The notes beneath the pieces were generated by a model. That model was not told where the DNA came from, did not search any database, and saw nothing but the letters and a program-made list of their open reading frames with translations. Source: Desulfobacteraceae bacterium UBA5616 (lineage in GTDB: Bacteria > Desulfobacterota > Desulfobacteria > Desulfobacterales > UBA5616). From it: a stretch of DNA of 64,000 bases. The position numbers were made by a program, and so were the translations under genes. Location of the stretch: contig DIKO01000092.1 of the NCBI GenBank assembly GCA_002423615.1, positions 33,367-97,366 of the forward strand, in the 5' to 3' direction. Of the stretch, positions 1 through 9,181 are shown piece by piece; within the stretch, counting starts at the first letter, position 1, and each line of letters opens with the position of its first letter.

Positions 1-1598
1 TCCCCCTGTCTACCGGACCGCCCCCTCAACTGGTTGTCGATGCGTCTGGATTCATGGCGTTCGGTGCCGATGATATGAAGCCCGCCCAGTTCTCTCACCC
101 CTTCACCCAGTACGATGTCCGTTCCTCTGCCGGCCATGTTGGTGGAAATGGTTACCATCCCTTTCTGGCCGGCCATGGAAACGATCTCCGCTTCCTTCTG
201 ATGATTTTTGGCATTCAGTATCGAATGGGGGACCCCCCTTTTTTTCAGTTTTTCACTAAGGCTTTCCGAAACGTCGATGGAGATGGTCCCCACCAGCACG
301 GGCTGCCCCTTTTGGTGCAGTTCCCCGATTTCATCCAGTACCGCTTCATATTTTTCCCGTTTGGATTTATATATGACATCGGCATGGTCTATACGGATCA
401 TGGGCATATTCGTGGGGATCACGGCGACGTCCAGCCCGTAAATTTTCTTGAATTCCGCGGCTTCCGTATCCGCAGTGCCGGTCATTCCGGCAAGCTTCTC
501 GTACATTCTGAAATAATTTTGGAACGTGATGGTGGCCAGGGTCTGGTTCTCGTTTTCGATTTTAACGTTTTCCTTGGCTTCCAGGGCCTGATGCAATCCT
601 TCGCTGTACCGCCTTCCGGGCATCAACCGTCCGGTGAATTCATCTACGATGACCACTTCCCCCTCATTTACGATATAATCCACATCCCGTTTGAACAGGG
701 TGTGCGCTTTCAGCGCCTGGTTGATATGGTGCAGCACTTCGATATGCTGGGGGTCATAGAGGTTCTCCACATGAAGAAGATTTTCGCAGCGGGCAACGCC
801 GTCCTCGGTCAGTGCCACGGTCCTGGCCTTTTCATCGATCGCATAGTGCTGGTCCCGTTTTAAAGCGGGAATAATGGTATTGACCTGGTAATACAAATGG
901 GTGGATTTTTCAGCGGGACCGGATATGATCAAGGGGGTCCTGGCCTCGTCAATCAGGATACTGTCCACTTCGTCCACGATGGCGTAATGAAGATCACCCT
1001 GAACAATGGACTCGGCTTCGAATTTCATGTTGTCCCGGAGATAGTCGAAACCGAATTCATTGTTGGTGCCGTAAGCGATATCCGATCCATAGGCAATTTT
1101 TCGTTCCTTGTCATCCATCCCGTGCTTGATGGTGCCGACGGACAACCCCAGGAAATTAAAAATCTGGCCCATCCAGTTCGTGTCACGGGTGGCCAGATAA
1201 TCGTTGACCGTAACGATGTGGCACCCTTTTCCGGTTAAGGCGTTTAAATAAGCCGGCAGCGTGGCCACGAGTGTTTTGCCTTCTCCGGTTTTCATTTCGG
1301 CGATCTGACCCCGATGAAGAACGATGCCGCCGATCAACTGAACGTCAAAATGCCGCATCTTTAAAGTCCTGACGGACGCTTCCCGAACGGTTGCAAAGGC
1401 CTCCGGAAGCAATTCATCCAGGGATTCTCCCTGTTGAAGTCGATCCTTGTAAACAGCCGTCAGTGATTTTAACGCCTCATCGGTAAGTCCTTTCATTTTG
1501 GGTTCCAGATCATTGATGGCCTGAATGACGGGTTGAAGCTTTTTAAGTTCTCTTTCATTTTTGCTGCCGAAAATTTTGGTCAATAAGGAGCTTATCAT
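1..1598 (-). CDS. secA: Preprotein translocase ATPase SecA, N-terminal ~532 codons (gene runs off the left window edge)
   Basis: Absent from the ORF track because no stop lies in the window. Manual minus-strand translation from the ATG at 1598-1596 gives [33 protein letters not shown]...[35 protein letters not shown]...[19 protein letters not shown], the SecA DEAD motor. Plus-strand ORFs 54-863 and 897-1238 are antisense shadows. Confidence 0.9.
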   Translation of the reverse strand, partial: MISSLLTKIFGSKNERELKKLQPVIQAINDLEPKMKGLTDEALKSLTAVYKDRLQQGESLDELLPEAFATVREASVRTLKMRHFDVQLIGGIVLHRGQIAEMKTGEGKTLVATLPAYLNALTGKGCHIVTVNDYLATRDTNWMGQIFNFLGLSVGTIKHGMDDKERKIAYGSDIAYGTNNEFGFDYLRDNMKFEAESIVQGDLHYAIVDEVDSILIDEARTPLIISGPAEKSTHLYYQVNTIIPALKRDQHYAIDEKARTVALTEDGVARCENLLHVENLYDPQHIEVLHHINQALKAHTLFKRDVDYIVNEGEVVIVDEFTGRLMPGRRYSEGLHQALEAKENVKIENENQTLATITFQNYFRMYEKLAGMTGTADTEAAEFKKIYGLDVAVIPTNMPMIRIDHADVIYKSKREKYEAVLDEIGELHQKGQPVLVGTISIDVSESLSEKLKKRGVPHSILNAKNHQKEAEIVSMAGQKGMVTISTNMAGRGTDIVLGEGVRELGGLHIIGTERHESRRIDNQLRGRSGRQG

Positions 1599-1813
1599 TA
1601 AATTCCATTTCCTCCGTTAATTGCGGTAAAAATCAGCATACCAATACCATTATCTTCCGGGATGAATCAACCTCATAGTGAAGATTGCAGTCTAAGGGAA
1701 AAGAGAACAAACCGGTTTTGATAATTGAAAAGCAGGTTCGACAGGCCTTGAATTTCAGGGGGAATAAATAACAAGGGGGAATAAATCCCCCCTGTTGCTA
1801 TTAATATTGCGGG

Positions 1814-2722
1814 TTAGTTGATGCCCAGCTTGAACTTCAGGGAGTTCAGCGTATTTTTCATCAGCATGGTAATGGTCATGGGTCCGACGCCGCCGGGAAC
1901 CGGCGTAATGAAGCCCGCGATTTCCTTGGCTTTGTCGAAATCAACGTCGCCTCTTAAAATCGCCACCTTCTTTCCGGTTTTTTCGCTGACTTTTTCACCG
2001 ATCCGGTTTACCCCCACATCGATAACACAGGCTCCCGGTTTGATCCATTCTGGCTTGACCAGATTGGGAACCCCGGCGGCCACGATGAGGATATCGGCCC
2101 GTTTGCAATGGGCTTCCATGTTTTTGGTCCGGGTATGGACGATGGTTACCGTGGAATTGGCACCCGGTCCTTTCTGAAGCATCATGTTGGCAATGGGTTT
2201 TCCAACGATATTGGACCGTCCCACGACGACGGTCTCGGCGCCCGAAGTTTCAACCCCGGACCGGACGATCAATTCCTGGATTCCGGCCGGCGTACAGGGC
2301 GGAAATTTGACTTCCTTGCCGCCGATCATCAGACGACCGACATTCACCGGGTGAAACCCATCCACATCCTTGTCCGGATCGATGGCGTTCAGGACCTTTT
2401 TTTCATCAATATGTTTGGGCAGGGGAAGCTGGACCAGAATACCGTTGATGGAATCATCCTTGTTGTATTTTTCGATCAGGGCCAGAAGATCCGCTTCCGA
2501 GATATCAGGAGACTGGTTGTCCTGAATCTCTTTGAAGCCGACCCGGTGGGCCGTCTGAATTTTCAGGGTCACATAGGAAATCGATGCCGGATTTTCACCC
2601 ACGAGGATTGTGACCAACCCGGGAACGACTCCGTGCTTCGCCTTGATTTGCGCCACCTCCGCGGTAATTTCATTGAGAATCTCTTCCCGAATGTCCGTGC
2701 CTTTGATTAACTTCGCCGTCAT
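1814..2722 (-). CDS. folD: Bifunctional methylenetetrahydrofolate dehydrogenase/cyclohydrolase
   Basis: 302 aa. LIKGTDIREEIL..., PGLVTILVGENPASISYV, GILVQLPLPKHID, DVDGFHPVNVGRL, VVGRSNIVGKP, TPVPGGVGPMT are classic FolD blocks. Confidence 0.92.
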   Translation of the reverse strand: MTAKLIKGTDIREEILNEITAEVAQIKAKHGVVPGLVTILVGENPASISYVTLKIQTAHRVGFKEIQDNQSPDISEADLLALIEKYNKDDSINGILVQLPLPKHIDEKKVLNAIDPDKDVDGFHPVNVGRLMIGGKEVKFPPCTPAGIQELIVRSGVETSGAETVVVGRSNIVGKPIANMMLQKGPGANSTVTIVHTRTKNMEAHCKRADILIVAAGVPNLVKPEWIKPGACVIDVGVNRIGEKVSEKTGKKVAILRGDVDFDKAKEIAGFITPVPGGVGPMTITMLMKNTLNSLKFKLGIN

Positions 2723-2846
2723 GTTGAACTCCTTTCGATTTTATAGGATCATTATTTGTTCCAGTTTTTTAATCAGGCGTCAGGATTGATACCAACCCCT
2801 TGTAGTTGAATGAATTACCCGTGTCAAGGGTTCAGATACGGCCCTG

Positions 2847-3884
2847 TCAGAGCGGGTACGGAACGTTTCGCAATCCTTTTGTCTGGTCCATTCCCAGCAT
2901 GATGTTCATGTTCTGAACGGCCTGACCCGCCGCCCCCTTGACCAGGTTGTCGATGGCCGATATCAGAACAAGTCGTCGGGATGAGCCGTCTATTCTGAAA
3001 CCGATATCACAAAAATTGGTTCCCCTGACATTCAAGGTATCGGGCAGCAGTTCTTCCCGGCATAGTCTGACAAAGGGGCTGCCTTTGTAATGGGCGGCCA
3101 GACAAGCATCAATGTCCCCGGAAATGACATTTTTGTTCAATGTCGCGTATATCGTGGTCAGCATGCCACGGGTCATCGGCACCAGGTGGGGTGTAAAGGT
3201 GATGTGAACCGGTTCTCCCGATTCCCGGCTCAATACCTCGTCCATTTCAGGGTTGTGACGGTGATTGGCCACTTTATAGGCCTTGAAGGATTCATGCACT
3301 TCGCAAAAAAGGGAGGTCAGGGCCGGTGAACGGCCCGCACCGCTGACCCCGGATTTGGAATCCGCGATGAGGGTTTCGGTCCTGATCAGTTTATTTTTCA
3401 ACAGGGGAACCAGGGGCAAAAGAACACTTGTGGGGTAACACCCGGGGTTTCCGATCAATTGGGCGTGCCTGATCCTGTCTTGGTAAACTTCGCAAAGCCC
3501 GTAGACGGCCTTTTCCAAAAGGTGGGCGCACGCATGGGGCTGATAAAAAGTCTCGTATCGCGAAACATCCGAAAACCTGAAATCAGCGGAAAGGTCGATG
3601 ACTTTTTTCCCTTTTTCCAGTAATTCAGGAACGATTTCCATGGGCAAGGTATGGGGAAGCGCCGTGAAAACCACGTCCGTCTGATCGCACAAACGCTCCA
3701 TGACCAGTTCATCGCAGACCAGATCCACCACCCCTGCCATGGCGGGATAAATTTTGCTGAACCGGATTCCGGCATATTGGCGGGACGTTATCGTGGTGAG
3801 TACCGTTTCCGGATGACCGGCCAGAATCCGGACCAGTTCCGCTCCCGCATATCCTGTGGCGCCGATCACTCCTGCTCGGATCAT
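2847..3884 (-). CDS. argC: N-acetyl-gamma-glutamyl-phosphate reductase
   Basis: MIRAGVIGATGYAGAELVRIL Rossmann N-terminus; GNPGCYPTS active-site Cys block; C-terminal DNLVKGAAGQAVQNMN. The track ORF extends to 3965, but the 27 extra residues have no ArgC counterpart, so the start was moved to the internal Met. Confidence 0.88.
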   Translation of the reverse strand: MIRAGVIGATGYAGAELVRILAGHPETVLTTITSRQYAGIRFSKIYPAMAGVVDLVCDELVMERLCDQTDVVFTALPHTLPMEIVPELLEKGKKVIDLSADFRFSDVSRYETFYQPHACAHLLEKAVYGLCEVYQDRIRHAQLIGNPGCYPTSVLLPLVPLLKNKLIRTETLIADSKSGVSGAGRSPALTSLFCEVHESFKAYKVANHRHNPEMDEVLSRESGEPVHITFTPHLVPMTRGMLTTIYATLNKNVISGDIDACLAAHYKGSPFVRLCREELLPDTLNVRGTNFCDIGFRIDGSSRRLVLISAIDNLVKGAAGQAVQNMNIMLGMDQTKGLRNVPYPL

Positions 3885-4055
3885 AGGTCCCCCTTGATTT
3901 TTATCGTTATTTGTAAGTTTTTGTGAAGAGTCGTGATTATCAAAAGTCATCGCAATTTTCAACAAGATTAGAAATGCCGCTGAAAATCTTGACAGTTGGT
4001 GATAAACAGTAATAAGGAAAACATTCCGTTCACCTACCCCACAAAAGGAGATAAA

Positions 4056-5078
4056 ATGAAAAAAAATATGATCTCAATGCTTGTTTTGATTCCATGTTTC
4101 ATTTTTTTCGCAGCGGCACCCATTCCTGCCATGGCGGAAACCATCGATCTGACCTACAGCATTTTTTTTCCTTCCACCCACGGCCAGTGTGAAGTCGGAA
4201 CGGCGTGGGCAAAAGAAATTGAAAAACGAACCGGAGGCGACGTTAAAATCACCGTATTTCCGGGAGGGACGCTGACCAAGGCCAACCAGACGTTCGACGG
4301 CGTCGTAAACGGCATTTCAGATATCGGCATGTCCTGTTTTGCCTATACGCTCGGTCGATTTCCGGTCATGGAATCACTCGACCTGCCATTGGGATATCCC
4401 AATGGGACGGTGGCCACGAACGTCGTCAACGATTTTTACAAAAAAAACGATCCCCAGGAATTGAAAAGCGTTAAAGTCCTCTATCTCCATGCCCATGGTC
4501 CGGGCCTTCTGCATACCAAAAAACCGGTTAAAACCCTTGAGGACATGAAAAAAATGAAAATCCGTTCAACGGGTTTGAGCGCAAAAGTCGTGGAGGCGCT
4601 CGGGGGCGTTCCCGTGGCCATGGCTCAGGGTGAAACTTACGAAGCCCTTCAGAAGGGGGTCGCCGAAGGCACCATCGGCCCCATCGAGGTTCTCAAGGGT
4701 TGGCGGCAGGCTGAGGTGATCAAGCATACCACGGATTGTGCGAATGTGGGGTATACCACCACCATGTTCGTGGTGATGAATCTGAACAAATGGAACCAGC
4801 TCCCTGAAAATATCAAAAACATATTCACCGATGTCAGCCGGGAGTATATCGCAATCCATGGAAAAACATGGGATGAAGTCGACAAGGCCGGAAGGGATTA
4901 TACGACAAGCCTCGGCAATGATTTCATTTCACTGGATGACAATGAAAAAGAGCGATGGAAAAAAGCCGTAGAACCGGTTATCGCGGAATATGTCGCCGGT
5001 GTTGATAAAAAAGGACTCCCGGGCAATCAGTACATCGAAAACATCAATGCTTTGATCCGTCAGTACGGAAGCAAATAA
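4056..5078 (+). CDS. TRAP transporter periplasmic solute-binding protein (DctP-type)
   Basis: MKKNMISMLVLIPCFIFFAAAPIPAMA signal peptide, then a DctP-like fold. It is followed directly by small and large TRAP permease genes. The GGAG at 4046-4049 favours the Met at 4056 over the upstream track start. Confidence 0.8.
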   Translation: MKKNMISMLVLIPCFIFFAAAPIPAMAETIDLTYSIFFPSTHGQCEVGTAWAKEIEKRTGGDVKITVFPGGTLTKANQTFDGVVNGISDIGMSCFAYTLGRFPVMESLDLPLGYPNGTVATNVVNDFYKKNDPQELKSVKVLYLHAHGPGLLHTKKPVKTLEDMKKMKIRSTGLSAKVVEALGGVPVAMAQGETYEALQKGVAEGTIGPIEVLKGWRQAEVIKHTTDCANVGYTTTMFVVMNLNKWNQLPENIKNIFTDVSREYIAIHGKTWDEVDKAGRDYTTSLGNDFISLDDNEKERWKKAVEPVIAEYVAGVDKKGLPGNQYIENINALIRQYGSK

Positions 5079-5093
5079 AAGAAAGGACCGCCA

Positions 5094-5585
5094 TTGATCC
5101 TGAGACTGGAAAAATGGATGGCTTCAATGTGCTCGGCCTTTAATATGATCGGCGCATTGTCCATTATGGCCATGATGCTCCTGACCTGTGCGGATATTCT
5201 GTTCAGGACTTTCAGGGTGCCGATTCCCGGAGCCTATGAGCTGGTGGGAATGCTGGGCGCCCTTTTTGTTTCTTTTTCCCTGGCCCAGACATCCCTTCAG
5301 AAAGGTCACATTGCAGTAGATTTTCTGATTCAGAAATTTTCTCAAAAGACCCGGGACATCGTTGCGATCGTCACGGAATCGGCAAGCGCCTGTTTGTTCG
5401 GAATCATCACCTGGGAATCGGTGGCTCATGCCGGCAGACTGAAAACAGCGGGAGATGTGTCCATGACCCTGCATATCCCGACTTTTCCGATTGTTTATGG
5501 TATGGCCGCCGGATGCGCGCTCCTGACGCTTTTGCTCGTTTTTTCGGTAATCGCCCTGATGATCAAAGTACTCCAATCCAGATAA
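5094..5585 (+). CDS. TRAP transporter small permease (DctQ-type)
   Basis: 163 aa with four hydrophobic spans, located between the SBP and the large permease. The track start is TTG. An ATG at 5118 (MASMCS...) is an alternative start. Confidence 0.75.
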   Translation: MILRLEKWMASMCSAFNMIGALSIMAMMLLTCADILFRTFRVPIPGAYELVGMLGALFVSFSLAQTSLQKGHIAVDFLIQKFSQKTRDIVAIVTESASACLFGIITWESVAHAGRLKTAGDVSMTLHIPTFPIVYGMAAGCALLTLLLVFSVIALMIKVLQSR

Positions 5586-5600
5586 GAGGTTTTTCATATC

Positions 5601-6902
5601 ATGTCGCCAACGATTGTCGGCATTCTCGGGCTCCTGGCCCTGGTTGTCGTTATTTTTTCAAGGATGCCCGTGGGTTTTGTCATGGCCGTCATCGGTTTTA
5701 TCGGATTCGCAAATCTGGTGTCCTTTGATGCGGCCATGAATCTCATGGCGGTGGATCTTGTCGAAGTCTTCGGTTCGTACAACCTTACCGTAATCCCGCT
5801 GTTTATTCTCATGGGGCAAATCGCATTTCATGCCGGGATCAGCAGCCGGCTTTTTGAAACCGCCTACAAATTTATCGGGCACTGGCCGGGGGGCCTGGCC
5901 ATCGCCACCATCGGCGCCTGCACCGGATTTTCGGCCATCTGCGGATCCACCAATGCCACCGCAGCCACTATGGCCGCCGTTGCCCTGCCGGAAATGAAGA
6001 AATATCATTATCGCGATAAACTGGCCACCGCAGTGGTGGCCGCCGGCGGAACCATGGGCATTCTGATTCCGCCTTCGGTCATTTTCATAATTTACGGCAT
6101 TATGACCGAGCAATCCATCGGGGAGCTCTTCATCTCGGGCATTCTACCCGGGTTGCTTCTGACGGCGCTCTTTATGATCACCATCGTCATCTGGACAAAG
6201 TTAAACCCATCTCTCGCCCCCCGCGGTCCGAAATTCGGGTTGAGGGAAAAATGCAGATCACTTTTAGGCCTCACGGAAACCATTCTTCTCGTCATCATCG
6301 TACTGGGCGGCCTGTTTATGGGCTTTTTCACGCCCACCGAAGCCGGCGCCGTCGGGGCCTTCGGCGCCTTGGCCATCGCCCTTGTCAGACGAAACCTGTC
6401 ACTATCCCAGATCAGGCAGGCGCTATTCGAAACCACTAAAATCTCCTGTATGATCATGGTGATTGTCGCCGGAGCAACGGTTTTCGGACATTTCCTCGCG
6501 GTTACCCGAATCCCCTTTGACATTGCGAATTGGATTGTTGGATTTAACCTTCCGCCATGGGCCATCATGGCCCTCATTATCCTCGTCTATTTCATCGGAG
6601 GGTGTTTCATCGACGCACTTGCCCTGATCATGCTTACCGTTCCCATTTTCTATCCCGTGGTCATGACTCTGGGATATGACCCCATCTGGTTCGGCGTCAT
6701 CACCGTTCTCATCACCCAGATCGGCGTCATCACCCCGCCGGTAGGCATAAATGTTTATGTGGTGAGCGGCGTTGCCCAGGAAGTGCCGCTGGGCACCATA
6801 TTCAAAGGCGTTTTCCCGTTTCTGATAGCCCTGATCATCGGGACCCTCTTACTGATCCCCTTCCCGGAGATCGCACTTTTTCTGCCAGGATTGATTCATT
6901 AA
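5601..6902 (+). CDS. TRAP transporter large permease (DctM-type)
   Basis: 433 aa polytopic membrane protein. GQIAFHAGISSRLF, GSTNATAATMAAVALPEM and GILIPPS blocks are typical of DctM. Confidence 0.85.
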   Translation: MSPTIVGILGLLALVVVIFSRMPVGFVMAVIGFIGFANLVSFDAAMNLMAVDLVEVFGSYNLTVIPLFILMGQIAFHAGISSRLFETAYKFIGHWPGGLAIATIGACTGFSAICGSTNATAATMAAVALPEMKKYHYRDKLATAVVAAGGTMGILIPPSVIFIIYGIMTEQSIGELFISGILPGLLLTALFMITIVIWTKLNPSLAPRGPKFGLREKCRSLLGLTETILLVIIVLGGLFMGFFTPTEAGAVGAFGALAIALVRRNLSLSQIRQALFETTKISCMIMVIVAGATVFGHFLAVTRIPFDIANWIVGFNLPPWAIMALIILVYFIGGCFIDALALIMLTVPIFYPVVMTLGYDPIWFGVITVLITQIGVITPPVGINVYVVSGVAQEVPLGTIFKGVFPFLIALIIGTLLLIPFPEIALFLPGLIH

Positions 6903-6940
6903 ACCCTTTTAATCAACACCCAACCAAGGAGGTCGCCCCT

Positions 6941-7750
6941 ATGCCCGAACTCGTCACCATCAACATCGAAAACCATGTCGCGGATGTTCGATTCAACCGT
7001 CCTGAAAAATACAATGCCTTGAGCCATGAAATGATGAGGGCCATGGCCGCAGCCATCGAACGGATTGCCGAAGAAAAAACCGTGCGGGCCGTTGTGGTGT
7101 CCGGAGAAGGTAGAGGATTCTGCGCAGGGCTCGATTTCGAGAATTTTTCCGCAATGGAAACCGGTCAGCAAAATCATTTAAGCGACCTGGTTGAGCGATA
7201 TGGCGATAACATCGGCAACCTCGCACAGTTCATCGCTTATGGATGGAAACAGCTTCCCATGCCCGTCATTGCCGCAATTCACGGGGTGGCTTTCGGCGGA
7301 GGCTGCCAGATCGCCTTGGGAGCCGACATACGTCTGTGCAGGCCCGATGCCAAATTGTCCATCATGGAAATGAAGTGGGGACTTATTCCGGATATGTCCG
7401 CCTCCCAGACCATCAGGGACCTGATTTCCATCGATGTGGCCAAAGAATTGTATTTCACGGCCAAAATCATTTCCGGAGAGGAAGCCGCCCGCTTACGGCT
7501 CGTGACGCGCACCTGTGAAAAACCCTACGACGAGGCCATGGTTCTGGCTGCGGAAATCGCCGGAAAATCCCCCACGGCCGTTCGGGCCGCCAAAAAGCTG
7601 CTTAACGAGGTCTGGCACGGCCGCGACGACGGCAGGGGGTTACTGAGGGAGTCGGAGCTCGAGATGACCCTCATCAGCAGAAAAAACCAGATTGAAGCCG
7701 TCAAGGCCAATTTTGAAAACCGGAAGCCCGTATTCACAGATCCGGAATGA
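6941..7750 (+). CDS. Enoyl-CoA hydratase/isomerase (crotonase) family protein
   Basis: 269 aa. FNRPEKYNAL, VVVSGEGRGFCAGLDF, AAIHGVAFGGGCQIALGADIR and E..G.IPD blocks form the crotonase oxyanion-hole signature. Confidence 0.85.
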   Translation: MPELVTINIENHVADVRFNRPEKYNALSHEMMRAMAAAIERIAEEKTVRAVVVSGEGRGFCAGLDFENFSAMETGQQNHLSDLVERYGDNIGNLAQFIAYGWKQLPMPVIAAIHGVAFGGGCQIALGADIRLCRPDAKLSIMEMKWGLIPDMSASQTIRDLISIDVAKELYFTAKIISGEEAARLRLVTRTCEKPYDEAMVLAAEIAGKSPTAVRAAKKLLNEVWHGRDDGRGLLRESELEMTLISRKNQIEAVKANFENRKPVFTDPE

Positions 7751-7771
7751 TTCAGAGGATATGGGGGACGG

Positions 7772-9181
7772 CTAGACGGTTCTGACCTGAATCATATTGG
7801 TCGTCCCGGTGACCCACAGGGGCCATCCCGCTGTGATCACGACATTGTCCCCTTTTGAAACCATGCCGGTCTCAAGTGCTGTTGAAGCGGCTTCATGGAT
7901 CATTGCATCGGTGCTCTCCCGTTTGTCCGCCAAAGTGGGGATGCACCCCCAGCAGAGGGCAAGACGACGGAGCGTGACCGGATCGGGCGATACGGCCAGA
8001 AGGCGTACTTTGGGCCTGAATTTGGAAATTTGTTGGGCAGTGAATCCCGACTGAGTGGCCGCGATGATGGCCCCGGCATCGAGATGATCCGCCAGAACGC
8101 AGGCCGCATAGGCAACGGATTCTGAAATTTCGGGATTCGGCCGGATTTTTAAATATTTGTCATGGGGGAATCCCTGTTCCGCATGGCGGGCGATTCGAAC
8201 CATGTACTGCAGCGCCTCAAGCGGGTATGACCCCATGGCGGTTTCTTCGCTCAGCATGACGGCATCGGCACCGTCCAGAACCGCATTGGCCACATCCGAG
8301 GCCTCAGCCCGGGTGGGGCGGGGTGAATCCACCATGGATCTCAGCATCTGAGTGGCGATGATGACCGGCTTTCCCCATGAATTTGATTTCTCGATGAGCT
8401 GTTTCTGAATCCCGGGAACCTGCTCCAGAGGAATTTCAACTCCCAGATCGCCTCTCGCCACCATGATGGCTTCTGATACCGCCATAATTTCATCAATATG
8501 GTCCAGGGCTTCGTGCTTTTCGATTTTAGCTATGACCGGCGTGGTTTTTCCTTTTTCCGCAATGACCTGTTTAATGGACAGGATGTCCTCCGCGGTCCTC
8601 ACAAATGAAAGTGCCACATAATCCACGTCCTGCGCGAGGCCGAATTCAAGGTCCTCCAGATCCTTATCCGTCATGGAACTCGTCTGGACGGAACTCGTCG
8701 GCAGGTTGATCCCCTTGTGGGAAGTCAGAATGCCGCCGGTGATCACCGTACAGCGGATCGTGCTGAATTCAATCCGGTTTACAGCGAGTTCCAGCAACCC
8801 GTCGGCCATAAGAATGCGATCTCCGGGCTTTACTTCCTGCGGCAGATTTTTGTGGGAAACCCCGACGGTATCGGTTCCCGCGGGGATATCATCAACCGTC
8901 AAACTGAAGGTTTGCCCGGATTTCAGCAGGATTCCCGGTGACGGAATGTCCCCCACCCTGATTTTCGGACCCTGCAGATCCTGTAAAATGGCAACCGGTT
9001 TGTTGAGTTTTCCCGAAATTTCCCGGATGAGATTGATTTTTTCAAGGTGCTCATCGTGCCGACCATGGGAAAAATTCAACCTCGCCACATTCATCCCGTT
9101 TAATATCAGCTTTCTGATGATGTCTGCGGTTCCGCTCGCAGGGCCGATAGTACAGATGATTTTGGTTTTCAGGTCATTCAT
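7772..9181 (-). CDS. pyk: Pyruvate kinase
   Basis: 469 aa. KTKIICTIGPAS, MNVARLNFSHG, ILQDLQGPKIRVG, MVARGDLGVEIP, ATQMLRSM are Pyk signatures. The start overlaps the holA stop (ATGA). Confidence 0.92.
   Translation of the reverse strand: MNDLKTKIICTIGPASGTADIIRKLILNGMNVARLNFSHGRHDEHLEKINLIREISGKLNKPVAILQDLQGPKIRVGDIPSPGILLKSGQTFSLTVDDIPAGTDTVGVSHKNLPQEVKPGDRILMADGLLELAVNRIEFSTIRCTVITGGILTSHKGINLPTSSVQTSSMTDKDLEDLEFGLAQDVDYVALSFVRTAEDILSIKQVIAEKGKTTPVIAKIEKHEALDHIDEIMAVSEAIMVARGDLGVEIPLEQVPGIQKQLIEKSNSWGKPVIIATQMLRSMVDSPRPTRAEASDVANAVLDGADAVMLSEETAMGSYPLEALQYMVRIARHAEQGFPHDKYLKIRPNPEISESVAYAACVLADHLDAGAIIAATQSGFTAQQISKFRPKVRLLAVSPDPVTLRRLALCWGCIPTLADKRESTDAMIHEAASTALETGMVSKGDNVVITAGWPLWVTGTTNMIQVRTV

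Noticed and set aside
54-1238. Plus-strand ORFs 54-863 (269 aa) and 897-1238 (113 aa)
   Set aside because: They lie antisense to an unmistakable secA reading frame. Their translations are Gly/His/Phe-rich with no recognisable motifs, so they are shadow ORFs.
1758-1796. Direct repeat GGGGGAATAAAT x2 (1758-1769, 1775-1786) downstream of folD
   Set aside because: The second copy is part of a GGGGG/CCCCC hairpin that works as a folD terminator on the minus strand. There are only two short copies, with no spacer or array structure, so it is not CRISPR-like.
2847-3965. N-terminally extended track ORFs (argC to 3965, ACADs from 32878, 34031 and 41397, ileS to 14845, cytochrome to 30954, and others)
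   Set aside because: The extensions overlap upstream genes or lack homology-like sequence. Internal Met codons preceded by GGAG-type RBS coincide with the conserved N-termini of the families.
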